Source: Phoronis australis (taxonomy: Eukaryota > Animalia > Phoronida). Taken from it: 64,000 bases of DNA. Below, piece after piece: positions 41,401-51,498 of the stretch. The DNA lies in the NCBI GenBank assembly GCA_002633005.1, contig NMRA01000017.1, positions 937,482-1,001,481 on the forward strand, given 5' to 3'. Every line of letters begins with the position of its first letter. The stretch's first letter is position 1. Both the position numbers and the translations under genes were made by a program. The notes below the pieces were generated by a model. It was given only the letters and a program-made list of their open reading frames with translations. It was not told the origin of the DNA and did no database searches.

Positions 41401-44400
41401 AGACACCTCATTACAGCGTTCTGTCGTTCAGTAACTTTTCCAGACGTGAGGGGTGCTGAATGTGCGATAACATCTGGCTCTTTTGTAACTGCCCAGCTCA
41501 GTCGTTTGTCCCGTATGATAACAAGCAGGCCAATTATCTCCCAGGCTTCAATGGAAACGTATGGTGGTTGCACGCTATTATTGAACGCATATGAACACAA
41601 TCAAACCCAGTGAGTTGGTAATCCGTTTGGACAGAATAGATTGTCTTCTGTTGTAGTTGGGCGATTTTGGTGGTTTAAAAACGGAACATGATCAGTATTT
41701 GACGAGGAATTCAGAAATGCTATTGGTTTAAGCTCAAATATGTTAGAACTCAACTTACATTTTTATCACCCCAGCCCAGTCAGTCTAGATACGATCTGAT
41801 CGGAGATTAGAGAGCAATTATCAAACAAAAGAGCGCAGGCCCTCCAACCATCAATGCCAGATTGGAGTTAATCAGTCGTGTAAGATATTGGCTACGGGGG
41901 TAAACTTCCCAACTTGTTGTTGGGCTATAGAATCGAACAAGTTGGGAGCAACGGAATGTCGCCGTCATGTCAGTGATCTAGTAGAGGAGATTAAGCTGAA
42001 TCAAGAGTCTAAAAATGTAGAAGTCGGGGCTGGGTGACCTAAATGACTGATGCAAGTTCACGCTCAAAATGTTCAATTGACATCAGCTACTTTAAACATT
42101 ATTTGCATGACGCACTGTTTTTAGACAAAAAGCAGGCATGTGGCCTCATAGTTGGTAGTAGGTAAGCGAATTGTGCAGTTTTGGTAGCTGATTCTCTGTA
42201 TGAGAGGAAAGTCATGAATGTATGAATAGGAAATAGGCAATGCAACCGAGCACGGGCATTTAAAATCAAAATTTAGGAAATTTGAGGGTAATAGACGTTT
42301 AGTCAAACAAGGACATTGATGTGGACAAGTACATTAGATAACAGGTGAAAAGTTCTTCAGTCTAAATTAGTAACAATTTCTGGCCTGACAGTCCATGCCC
42401 GTTATTCAGTGGAGAAAAATGGATCTCAAAATGCAGGCAAGTTATAACCAGACTATTGCCCTGGCTGTCTTTCAGTGACTCTAACATTCAGCTCAACAAT
42501 GCAAGACCCTCTTTGATGTCCAAGTCAAACGTATTTACATGTTATAAGAAATCAACTTCAGTATTCTAATACTAATTTGGCCAAAAGTCAACACACTGTT
42601 AACAAAACGAAAAGGATATGCATACTCTGGAAGACGACACTTAAAAAATTATGCAGTGAGAGTAAGACAGTGTCCTGCCACTGTGTATTAAAGTTGAGTG
42701 CAAACGTTGGGTTAGTCTGGGGAGACTTGATGTAAGGCAAGACTGAAACATAAAGTAAGAACAATCAGTAATTATAATACATTTGTCGTGGATTACACAG
42801 CAATAGAACTTTTCTTGGTACTAAAGATAAGATAGCTTGTGCCTTTCAGTTGTTTTTTCACAGGTCATGTCAGGAACCGTCAAGGTATATGGCCATGCAA
42901 ACATTCCAGACTTCAACTGTTTAAAAGTACCGGAATTGAAAGGGTTTCTTCAACAAAGGGTATATTTGGTTCAAAGTTAACCTGATGGACTTCTTTTATC
43001 CACCTGGGCAGAGTGGCACAAAGCTTCAAAAGTTGTCCGCTGAATAAGTTTGATTGTTGCATGACGTCACGTGCATTGTTCAACAATAACCACGTGACGC
43101 GTGATAATGCGACGTCATTGTTGATATACGCCATATAATTTAAATGCAACTGGGTCCAGCTCTACACTTGCTTGAAACTGATTGGTGTTGGGAAGGCGAA
43201 AAACTTAACATCACGCACTCATAGATATTTTTCAAGTTAATTAAACTTTCTCTCGTTGGAGTTGCAGCCCGCAGTAACATTTTGTTGGCATCAGAAGGAT
43301 GAATAGATTAATTCAGCAGGGAAAAACTTGAAAAGAATACGACATCAACAAAGAACATGCGGAACTGCAATGACGTGAAAACCCTGCAATTATATGTTAA
43401 ATGCTCGACGGATATTGTGGGATTGTGGGTAAATACAGAGAGATTCGAGTGCCGTTGTGTAATTCGAGATGGTCCTACTACGAGCACAGATAAATATTGT
43501 AAAGCACATGGCAACTGTTGCCAAGTGCCAATAATAATTACAACTTACAAAACCTGCTTAAATTTTCAATAATCGAAAATATTTTACAGGAAATCAAAGA
43601 CCATGCCCGTGCTTTTGAAATTGATGAGTTAGTTGGTGGCTGCTGATCAATGGACGTTTCCCTATATCTCATGTGTTCAACTCAAACCATAAACCAGATT
43701 GCATATAATTGTGTTGTGATAAATCAAAGCATTGATATGGTATAAGTAAAAATCATTAGTCTTCTCTTCAGATTTAACAAAAGATCACGTGAGGAGACTT
43801 ACATATGGCACCCAAGAAGACTTACTTCATTAACACAAGTCTCACAACCTATTTTCAAAACCCGTATCATAATTCTGGACACACCAAAAGTAATCAAAGA
43901 CTTTTTCCCCCTAACCACAGCTGAGCACAAGCGCAATACCCATCATGACAACTAAGTGGAACTGACAAACATACCAGAGTTGTCGGCAGACAAGCCCATC
44001 TGGGTGACTATGATATCTCCTGGGCATATATTTGGAAAAAATATGGATGGTTGAATCCCAAACATATCAGATCTCCAGTTCCATTTTCTCCGACTACTAA
44101 ATGGACATTTTGGTTGTGCCAAATTGATCTTGTGAGACTTTTCAACTACAGTGACTTGAACCACATCACAAAATTGTCTACCTGTGTATCACTACTCACC
44201 AAACCAGTCCCTCCAATCACTGTGACCCTGAAGGTCAAGTGCCAACCTCTCAAAGAACTCATTGACTTTGTCTTGACGATTACTCTCCACCGCTTTTACG
44301 ATGTAGAATTTGAGCAAGCTCGTCTCCAGCTTACGCACGCTCGATGCGTACGTCTGCTCAAGTCTAGAGAAGACCCGCTGGTCAAGATAGGACCAGTGTT

Positions 44401-46927
44401 CACGTAGCTGAGTCAAATCATGACCGTTGATGCAAGACAGGAACTGTTCAACTATTTTATCAACCTGAAGAAGAGGACAAAGAGCATTACGAGTTGAGCC
44501 GTTGGCCGGCTACTGACGGGCTAATTAAAATGTGTAGGAAAAGGAATATGTTGACCTTCAAAGACGAATTTTTCCATGTGAAAATCCCATTTTCTAATGG
44601 ACAATGGTGTGACCCAAAAGTTGCAAAGACACATTCCGGGTCTATAATTTTCGTGAGCAGGCCTTTATGCAGCGTACGTCCTGGGTGTCCAAATGGACGC
44701 CCTGGTACTATTATGGACGCTCTGGCAAGGACGCCCAATGTATCATTTGGACGCCCACTGTCAAGGGGAATCTTTCAAGTTTGAACACACACATTGTAAT
44801 GATTACTAGGAAACTAGGAAGTCTCTGAAGGCTCAGTGGGGAATCTTTTTTTCAAAGCAGTATATACAATGTTGCTATGCTCACACTTGGTTGATAGCAT
44901 TGTAAAAGCTGGGGGTGGGGGGTTACGCGTCGGAATTATGGACGCCCTGGAATATTGGGAACCCCATTTTGGACACCCTATTTTCGAAATCCTGGATAAA
45001 GGCCAGTTCGTGAGGGAACTTTTATCAACGTGTAGAGTAAACAACTGGATAGAGTACATACATAATCTGGGAGTCAACCCACATTCACATTGTCCATTGC
45101 AACAGTTTAAGTGAAAAACAACCTATTAAACCTCATTTCCTTGCATTATTCTGTAGCTTTTGTAACAAAGAAAAGTCTGTAACTTGAAAACAGTATGCTT
45201 GTAACATCTGCACATGCCATTCGCTCATTTTGTGACATCATTCAGGAGATGAAGACAATTTTATTGATGAAAAATTTAATCATAAATTTACTTCCCTGTT
45301 GAAAATACTAAGAACTTGTAATAAATTGAAATCAATTCCAATAATTTGTTGTGAAATATACCTAACTTTTTTGAAAAACAGTTGATCAAAGAATTGGCAA
45401 AAAAGAGATTGGTCAATAGACAGGGACAGGGCCGGTGATGCCTCTACTTTGGGGCTGAATACTAGTACTGACCCATCCTCCCCCNCCCCCCCGAGACATA
45501 TTTAAAATTCATTCAAGACTCCCCTAGTCAGGTCCAAAAATTCACTTCAAGTGATAAAAAATTCCTCTCAAGTTTGAAATTGCTTTAACTCGCACAGCCT
45601 CTCGGCTTCAGTGGTAGGCCTGCAGGTTGGTTACACTTACCTTTCTCTCAGGTGAGCGAAGGACTGATAGGTGACACTTACCTTTCCCTTGGGTGAGTGA
45701 CAACCTGACAGGTGATGCTGCAATTCGACCCATCTCATTGCTTCCCAAATACCGGTAGTATTTTTTTGCACCTTTTAATTATCTTATTTTTATGTCATAT
45801 TTCATTTTGCCACTGTTCCACAGCTTTACATTCATACAGTTTGTTCCAGTTATGGGTTTATGGCAGCTTTAAGCCATGCTGGCGAAGCATCATCTACAGA
45901 AAATCTTCCCACAATGACTCATTTGGCTAATGCATCCAAACCATCTTAGTGAGCTTCGCTGCCTCACTCTACGTAATCCTGTATTTTAAAAGTCTAAAAC
46001 TTATGCGAAAACTTTTTAGTTGACAAATCTGTCGAGAGTGGGAATAGATGACGCATTATGCCCTAGTCTGTTGCTACGGCAATAATACGTCCTACCGCAC
46101 TATGTATGCATTTAAGCCACATGTATAAAGTAAAGTAATTGCCTTGAAGACACTGATGTTGTAACAATGTTTTCAGTACTCATTCTAGTTCCGGCTGTGT
46201 GATTTGCCAATAGAATTTTTTGGATTATGATCAAATTGTGTTGACTAAATTGTCTTCAAAGTCTTAGTTTGGGTAAAAGTTGAATAAAAGGGTCCCTCTT
46301 GAAAATGGCTGACAGGAATCAGTTTTCACTGAGTCACGGCAATGCCCATTCAGTGAAAACTGGTCATTTTGAGGAGGGACCATTTTACCCATTGGTAAGT
46401 GCAAAGTATAACTGACATATGTATGCCGCACTTGTTATTGTTTGCGTTTTTACAGGAGTAGCTTATACTGGAGGAGTGCCAACGCTTCTGGCTAAACCAG
46501 AGGTGGTGTATAACTGTGGAAACAACTGTCATCCACGGCACTGAAGCCAGGCAAGTCACTACTGACTAGGCCTACCTTCCGCAGACGCAATAATCTCGCG
46601 AAAACGTACTATGCAAGCATTCCAAGTGAAGCATGTGATCACAAAAAACAATCTCGCGAATCGCTTGCGTCTACTAAACTCAACGCAGATAAGGACTGAT
46701 CATATCCATGAGGCATCATCCGTCCAATTGTTTTGAACCGGAAATGGTGTTTTTTGTAATTATCGTTAATGAGAATTTAAGTCAAACACAAGAAATAAAC
46801 CTACCCTTAGTCCACGATCTCTGTCTGCTTTTAGTTCTGTTTCTAAAGTTCTCACTGTAGAAGTAAAGCCTCGAAACAGCAAATACTCTTTCACCATTTC
46901 ATCGAATCTTCCGCTTCCAGTAGCCAT
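26414..46927 (-). CDS. WDR91: WD repeat-containing protein 91, 17 coding exons, 789 aa
   Basis: Exons 5'->3': 46805-46927, 44200-44464, 42620-42742, 39919-40001, 38840-38961, 37871-38024, 36309-36515, 35249-35371, 34495-34677, 32782-32876, 32355-32451, 31005-31099, 30252-30372, 29206-29314, 27923-28035, 27197-27394, 26414-26572; total 2370 nt, phases consistent. N-terminus [16 protein letters not shown]...[23 protein letters not shown], and WD repeats [41 protein letters not shown] match WDR91. The low-complexity linker exons (34495-38024) are less certain. Confidence 0.95.
30797..30917. repeat. About 120-bp palindromic (hairpin) element in a WDR91 intron
   Basis: gtatagggactagagtagttacctatcg pairs with cgataggtaactattcta...ttccctatac; inner atgtttg / caaacat. 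Confidence 0.75.
31755..32320. repeat. Dispersed repeat family R2, foldback arrangement; related pieces at about 12170-12370 (+), 17470-17645 (-) and 36680-36800 (+)
   Basis: Inverted pair ggaattgcgggtcatt (about 31941) / aatgacccgcaattcc (about 32107). Shared motifs aagccattctgtaattagaatttt, attttgtctgattacttt and gtctcccctga among the copies. Confidence 0.65.
33815..34220. repeat. Degenerate tandem array of about 150 bp units (2-3 units), probably internal to a non-autonomous DNA element
   Basis: ttatctcaa.aa....atgaaatttg..atag...gcaag.atg.g..gcaccagtc.attt recurs at about 33876 and 34032, and partially at 34177. Confidence 0.6.
35460..35810. repeat. Degenerate foldback (inverted repeat) element
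   Basis: aacttgagattgttttcggcattttctgt pairs with acagaaaatgccaaaaataatctcgagtt; inner gcacttgatgacc / ggtcaccaagtgc. Confidence 0.7.
36820..36950. repeat. 20-bp minisatellite
   Basis: gtatctgactgttatgtatt / gtacctgagtgttatgtagt units, 6-7 copies. Confidence 0.75.
37282..37591. mobile_element. MITE with CAGTGGTGGATTTAG...CTGGATCCGGCCCTG ends and apparent 5-bp TSD
   Basis: Imperfect TIRs; AATAC at 37277-37281 and 37592-37596. Related left ends at 51189 (CAGTGGCTGATCTAGGATA) and 56025 (CAGTGGCGGATCTAGGATA). Confidence 0.72.
38993..39273. mobile_element. Probable MITE with GGG..TTTCATGAAA-type termini; related ends at about 40887 and 25896-26325
   Basis: ctgggctctctttcatgaaaag ... cttccatgaagaagggaacccctg; ccagggttccgtttcatgaaac at about 40887. 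Confidence 0.45.
40043..40106. repeat. 18-20 bp tandem repeat just upstream of the U12 branch point
   Basis: tgtcccatgggagtgctct / tgtcccataggagtgccct / tgtcccatgagagtaccct. Confidence 0.75.
40994..41069. repeat. Tandem duplication of about 39 bp
   Basis: atgtttagccaagttactatggagcatca(a/t)agtctaga occurs twice. Confidence 0.85.
41411..41970 (+). repeat. Dispersed repeat family R1, copy 2 (inside the WDR91 AT-AC intron)
   Basis: Aligns over about 560 bp to the reverse complement of 56217-56780. Confidence 0.88.
44658..45006. mobile_element. hAT-type MITE with 8-bp target-site duplication
   Basis: TIRs CAGGCCTTTATGCAG / CTGGATAAAGGCCAG; exact TSD TTCGTGAG at 44650-44657 and 45007-45014; repeated subterminal GGACGCCC motifs. 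Confidence 0.85.
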
Positions 46928-47051
46928 GTTTGTGTTCAAGTGACCTTTGACCTACTTTCGAAACTGCTGGTTCATGGATTCAGGTTACCCGAACAACACG
47001 ACTCGAGATATTTGCTGACGGAAAAACACTAAGCCACCCTTGTCGTACTCG

Positions 47052-47336
47052 GTTGTAGTTTGGCGATTTTGGCGATTCAAAAACTAAACATGATCACCAT
47101 TTGACGACTCAGAAATGCTATTGGTTTATGTTCATATAAGTAATAACTTAACTTTTATTTTTAAGAGCACAGCCCATTGGAGATTAGAGCAATTAGGCCT
47201 ATCGAATTCGAATAAAAGAGAGCTGGCCCTCCAACCATACTGCCAGAATGGAGTTAATCAATCGCCGGTGTAAGATATTGCCGGGCTACCGGGGTCATCT
47301 TCCCAAGTTGTTGGATCGAACAAGTTGGGGGCAACG
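47052..47336 (+). repeat. Dispersed repeat family R1, copy 3 (partial, about 125 bp upstream of the WDR91 ATG)
   Basis: gattcaaaaactaaacatgatca, cagaaatgctattggtttatgttca, ggagattagagcaatta, tgtaagatattg and atcgaacaagttggg are shared with the other copies. Confidence 0.82.
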
Positions 47337-47923
47337 GGAAAACGCTGTAGAATGGTATAGTTCGGTAGCATCCTATGCCGTATATGTTCATTCCACTTAT
47401 TGCCTGATGATGAGACATGTCAGTCTCGAAATATAGCTATTTATATTTTTTTTAATGTGTTTGTTTTGTCTCTCTGTGTTTTACTATAGGCATTCATCGC
47501 TGCACACCTGAAGAATCGAGATTGTTCCGACATCACGATCAGCGGACCAGTATCAAGCATGCAAACAAAAAGTCTAGTCGTGTTTTCAACATACTACATA
47601 AATACATACGTTAATAACGGATTCGACATTGACTGATAGATAACTTCTTTCTGCTTTCTCGTATTAATTGTCTAAAATACTCCTTGTGTGCGGTTCGCTC
47701 CTACTTAGCACCGCGAGACGCCGTTTCATGCAAAGTAAGCCTACAAACAATAGGAATTTTGTTTTAAAAGTTGATTAGAACGCACTGCTTTGAATGTACA
47801 ATACCTTCGTCGAAGGCAAGAAATAAAATGAGACCTTCCCTTCGATGAACAATGTAGTCTGCATATTCTGCGATCTAGTTTCCTATCGTTAGTTCTTTTA
47901 ACGATGTCGCTCGGGGAGCTGCC

Positions 47924-48070
47924 TTGCTTCACAGATGCGATCCGCACACAAGAATTATTTTTAGACAATGCGAGAAATGCAGAAAGCAATTATCTAACAA
48001 TGAATGTTTAATCGTTTTCAACGAAGTCTGCATTCGAGAGGAAATAGTTCCAACATATATTAAATACATA
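47924..48070 (+). mobile_element. Possible N-terminal ORF remnant of a Penelope-like element
   Basis: FRQCEKCRKQLSNNECLIVFNEVCIREEIVPTYIK resembles the RxxEK...FNxxCxxExxxPxY pattern I recall from PLE ORF N-termini. Short and pattern-based only. Confidence 0.35.
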
Positions 48071-48102
48071 CGTACATTCATACGTGACATCATCGTGGCA
48101 GC

Positions 48103-48252
48103 CGATTCCTGAAGTATTATCCAAGAAAAAAGGCAAAGAGAAAGAAAAAAAAAACACGGAGAACGTGTCAAATATCAAAAACAGCAATCATCAAAGACTC
48201 GAATTCACGACCTGGCGGATTGAGCACGCGTGCTTTACCACTGCACCACCAC
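48103..48252 (-). mobile_element. tRNA-derived SINE-like head with Pol III A and B boxes
   Basis: Minus strand GTGGTGCAGTGGTAAAGCAC...GGTCGTGAATTCGAGTC: A-box-like 48238-48248, B-box-like 48196-48206. No complete cloverleaf. Second copy at 51372-51498. Confidence 0.65.
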
Positions 48253-50054
48253 GATTTCACTCATAACTTGATAGTAAGCGACCTACTTGATAATGGTCCA
48301 CAGCGTTTGCGCGCGAAACCTACTTCTTTTTGTTATGCTTATTACACTTTTTATATTTTGTGCAATCAGTTCGTAACAAATTTGTTGTATTTAAAATAGT
48401 TTTCAATAGTCCAAAAGACCAGATCTCTTTTTTGTGTTGGCATTAATGACGCGATTGCTTTGGAAATCGTCTTAAGTTAAGGTTTGACAAAGAGAGTATT
48501 ATGAGTTTCTGAGTGATTCACTAAGGCTATTGAGTATTGATCTACACCCTATACAATTTGAAACCTTACACAAATAAGCAATCAGAAAAACAATGTTAAT
48601 ATTTGTTCCAAATGTCTGTCAGGAAAATGTTTTTGTAAATATCTCAATCTCTAAACAATCAGAAGCTTAAGTGTCGATGTCTATGCTTCCATTTTCAGGG
48701 CCAAGGGATCTGTTGGTATCAAAACAAAACGTAACACTCAGTATTAAACTTAAATGACTGGGTATTTAAATTTCATTGAATGTTTCACAAGCCAATCGCT
48801 GAGACATGACCGTTTCCCTACGTTTAATGTCAGCATTCAAGTGTAATTTGCACGCTAATTCCTTATCTCTGTTTTGTCAAAGTAGTTAAAAACACAACAT
48901 ATAACGACGGTAAAGTTGGTTGAAAATTGCCAAATGTTTTTAAGAACGATTTTTTTTTGGCGCCAATGCTGAAAATCACTGAAACGTGTCCAGTAAGTAT
49001 TGTGAGTAGTATAGTAAGAGGTTTAGGACACCCGTTTTTGCGGCTCCTCGGTCAAAGGTCATAAGTCCGAGAGGAAAGGTCAAAGGTCACATAGGATGGA
49101 TGCAATCGGAAGGGACATCATCCGCCTACCGGACGGATGTATTAATGACGTCACACCTCATGTCATGACGTAATAGGTTTAATTAGACCAGTTAGAGAGG
49201 CACCTCGATGCTTTCGTGGCACGTTTTTGCGGCTCCTCGCAACGGATTGAGAGCCGAAACAAAAGAGGGATTACGCTGCCGAATAAGAACAAAAGGTACC
49301 TTATTGCGCGTAGGCCAAGTCAGTGTCGTCGTTGTATATTGTTTACATCGATCAAAAACAAATGTCGTGTATATTACGCTACGAAAGGGGATAACCACCC
49401 AAATCAACAACTGCTTTGTTGATCGGTTGCTTTGAAATTGATGATGTTTTCATATACTTACAGACCAACCTGCTTTCTAGTAAGCTCTACTGGAATTTGA
49501 ATGTGTGTGCGACAGTAATTTTCATAGAAGCGCGCGAGTTCAAAATTAAAAGCATGCACGTCCCTGGGGCGTGCAAATTGGAAGAAGCTCCAATGCCCAG
49601 CTGTTGATAGATAAAAACCCTGCAACTGCAATTGAATAGAGGAAATATGCTTCTGCTAGTCACATTCCTGCATTTCTTTGCTTTCTGGTGAAGCTGGTCC
49701 ACAGGTTGTACTTGAAACTCGCACTTTATCCAGTCCCGAAGAAATATTGGTGACGTAATTTTGATAATCGAGTGGATTATCTGCAACTAGTAATCTGATT
49801 TGTTTGTGCAAGTGAATGCTTTTGTTTATTTGTTCTGTACCTTTGCCCATCAGCCTAAAATCAGAGAAACGCTTGAATTGCCCATGCATTTTATTTAAGC
49901 ACACTCAGTGGTTAAAATTCAGCTCACAGCAGAAAAGTAGTGGCTGTGGGAAATACATGGATATGCAGCGAACGTATTTTATACTATCTAAAAAAACAAC
50001 AAAAAACGAAAAGCGCTCAGCAAGGAGCTTGTAAATTAGTCCATTAGGTTCTAG

Positions 50055-51072
50055 CTATTCGTATTCGGCGGCAATGCAGCACAACATTCTTTGCCATCGT
50101 GGAACGACACTATGGCCTTTGGTGGAGGGACTTGTGAAGACTTTGGTAGTGCGGTCATTTTTTCTGAATGTCATCTTCAATTTCTTGAAGAAACCCTGTT
50201 TAACAATTTGTGCATCGTTAGCGGAAGCGGAGGTGCTGGTGTTCTCTGAAACGTCAAGACTTACTGCATCAGAAGATGTCGCATTGTTGGGCAATTCTGC
50301 GACACCATATGGGTTGCTGTCGTTCTCACGAATGCATACAACGTCACCTGATTTGTCGGTGCGAGATTTCGTAATCACGATGTCCTCAGCATCACGTTGA
50401 GGGCTACAGAAGCTTCTTGTGACATGTTTGGCAGGACAAATTGCACTGGAGTAACGCCGCGGGACCAGTCGGCTTGACGTTTTCCAGAAGTCGACCATGA
50501 ACGCTGTCTGGTTTGTAAGGAATTGGAGGTCTAACGATGGTCTCTTCGATATCAGTATCGGTTTCCTCCGCGACCTGAGTTTTCTCTGGCTTGTTAACAC
50601 TGCATGTAGCCGACATTGGATCTTTTCTCTCCAGTAACTGGGTCTCTGAGGTTTCCCATGCGTTGTTCTGCTCGATTTTTGTCGCCTTTTTCTTCTCGCA
50701 TTCTATGAAATACTCGATGGGGGCTGTTTGCTTGTGGGTTATGCGGTTTGCTTCAGATTTGCGGCATAACAACTCACCCTGATAGCAACGCAAGTCATTT
50801 ATGTATCCATTGTAGATTTCTTTTACTCTAATATCAGGCTCCGCTTCATTGAGAGCGATAGCAGCGTCCAATACTTCGGCCAACCATTTTTCATCGTCGA
50901 TGTTTGTGCAATGGTCTGCGTTACCGAACATGAAGCTCCACACAAAAGATACTACTTTATCAGTCATTCTCAAAACAGATTGAGAAATACAACTAACACA
51001 CCACACTAAATACAATGTCATATTTTCAAGCAAATTTTCTAATTTCCATCCGGTAGCCATTTGTAGGTCCAT
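50055..51072 (-). CDS. Orphan protein-coding locus or young pseudogene: two overlapping ORFs (50404-51072, 50055-50600), probably one frame broken by a frameshift or small intron
   Basis: About 1 kb covered by two long same-strand overlapping ORFs (222 aa and 181 aa) in AT-rich DNA, with a true ATG at 51072 and protein-like composition. No recognisable domain. Confidence 0.5.
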
Positions 51073-51371
51073 TATACAAATGATTAATGATTACGTACAA
51101 TGTACGTCAACAATAACACGTCGTCACAAATCAAAGACGTCATTGATGTCGAAAAAGTCTCAAAGTTTGCTAGCTTTTGGTTTGACAGCAGTGGCTGATC
51201 TAGGATATCACAAGGGGGGCCAACATTTTGTCTGAAAACATTTGTGCAAGGCACGATTGGATGCGCATAGCACCGAATGGGGGGAGGTCGGGAGGGGGGG
51301 GGGGTTCGCGAACCCCCTCTCCCGCCCAGGCAATTTTTCTGTTTTTTCCCCTAAAAATCAAGCATTTTCCT

Positions 51372-51498
51372 TGATTCCTGAAGTATTACCCAAGAAAAAA
51401 GGCAAAGAAAAAGAAAAAGAAAAAAAAACGGGGAACGTGTCAAATATCAAAAACAGCAATTATCAAAGACTCGAATTCACGACCTGGCGGATTGAGCG
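51372..51498 (-). mobile_element. Second, head-truncated copy of the SINE-like element at 48103-48252
   Basis: Near-identical gattcctgaagtatta...aacgtgtcaaatatcaaaaacagcaat..tcaaagactcgaattcacgacctggcggattgagc; the A-box part is missing. Confidence 0.7.

Larger units (their letters stand above)
40002..42619 (-). other. U12-type (minor spliceosome) AT-AC intron, WDR91 intron 3
   Basis: 5' end reads ATATCCTTTT on the minus strand from 42619. 3' end reads TTTTCTTAAC-TAAGTCAC ending at 40002. Joining gives in-frame FQSM-P-VPTLL. Confidence 0.92.

Noticed and set aside
45485-45485. Single N in a C-run
   Set aside because: Assembly or base-calling ambiguity, not biology.
46941-46953. Perfect DR1 nuclear-receptor element (TGACCTTTGACCT) beside the WDR91 ATG; also at about 49050-49090
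   Set aside because: The motif is frequent in invertebrate repeats; sequence alone cannot support a functional call.
48190-48252. tRNA gene
   Set aside because: A- and B-box-like motifs are present, but there is no complete cloverleaf or anticodon arm; a duplicated body at 51372 favours a SINE-like element.
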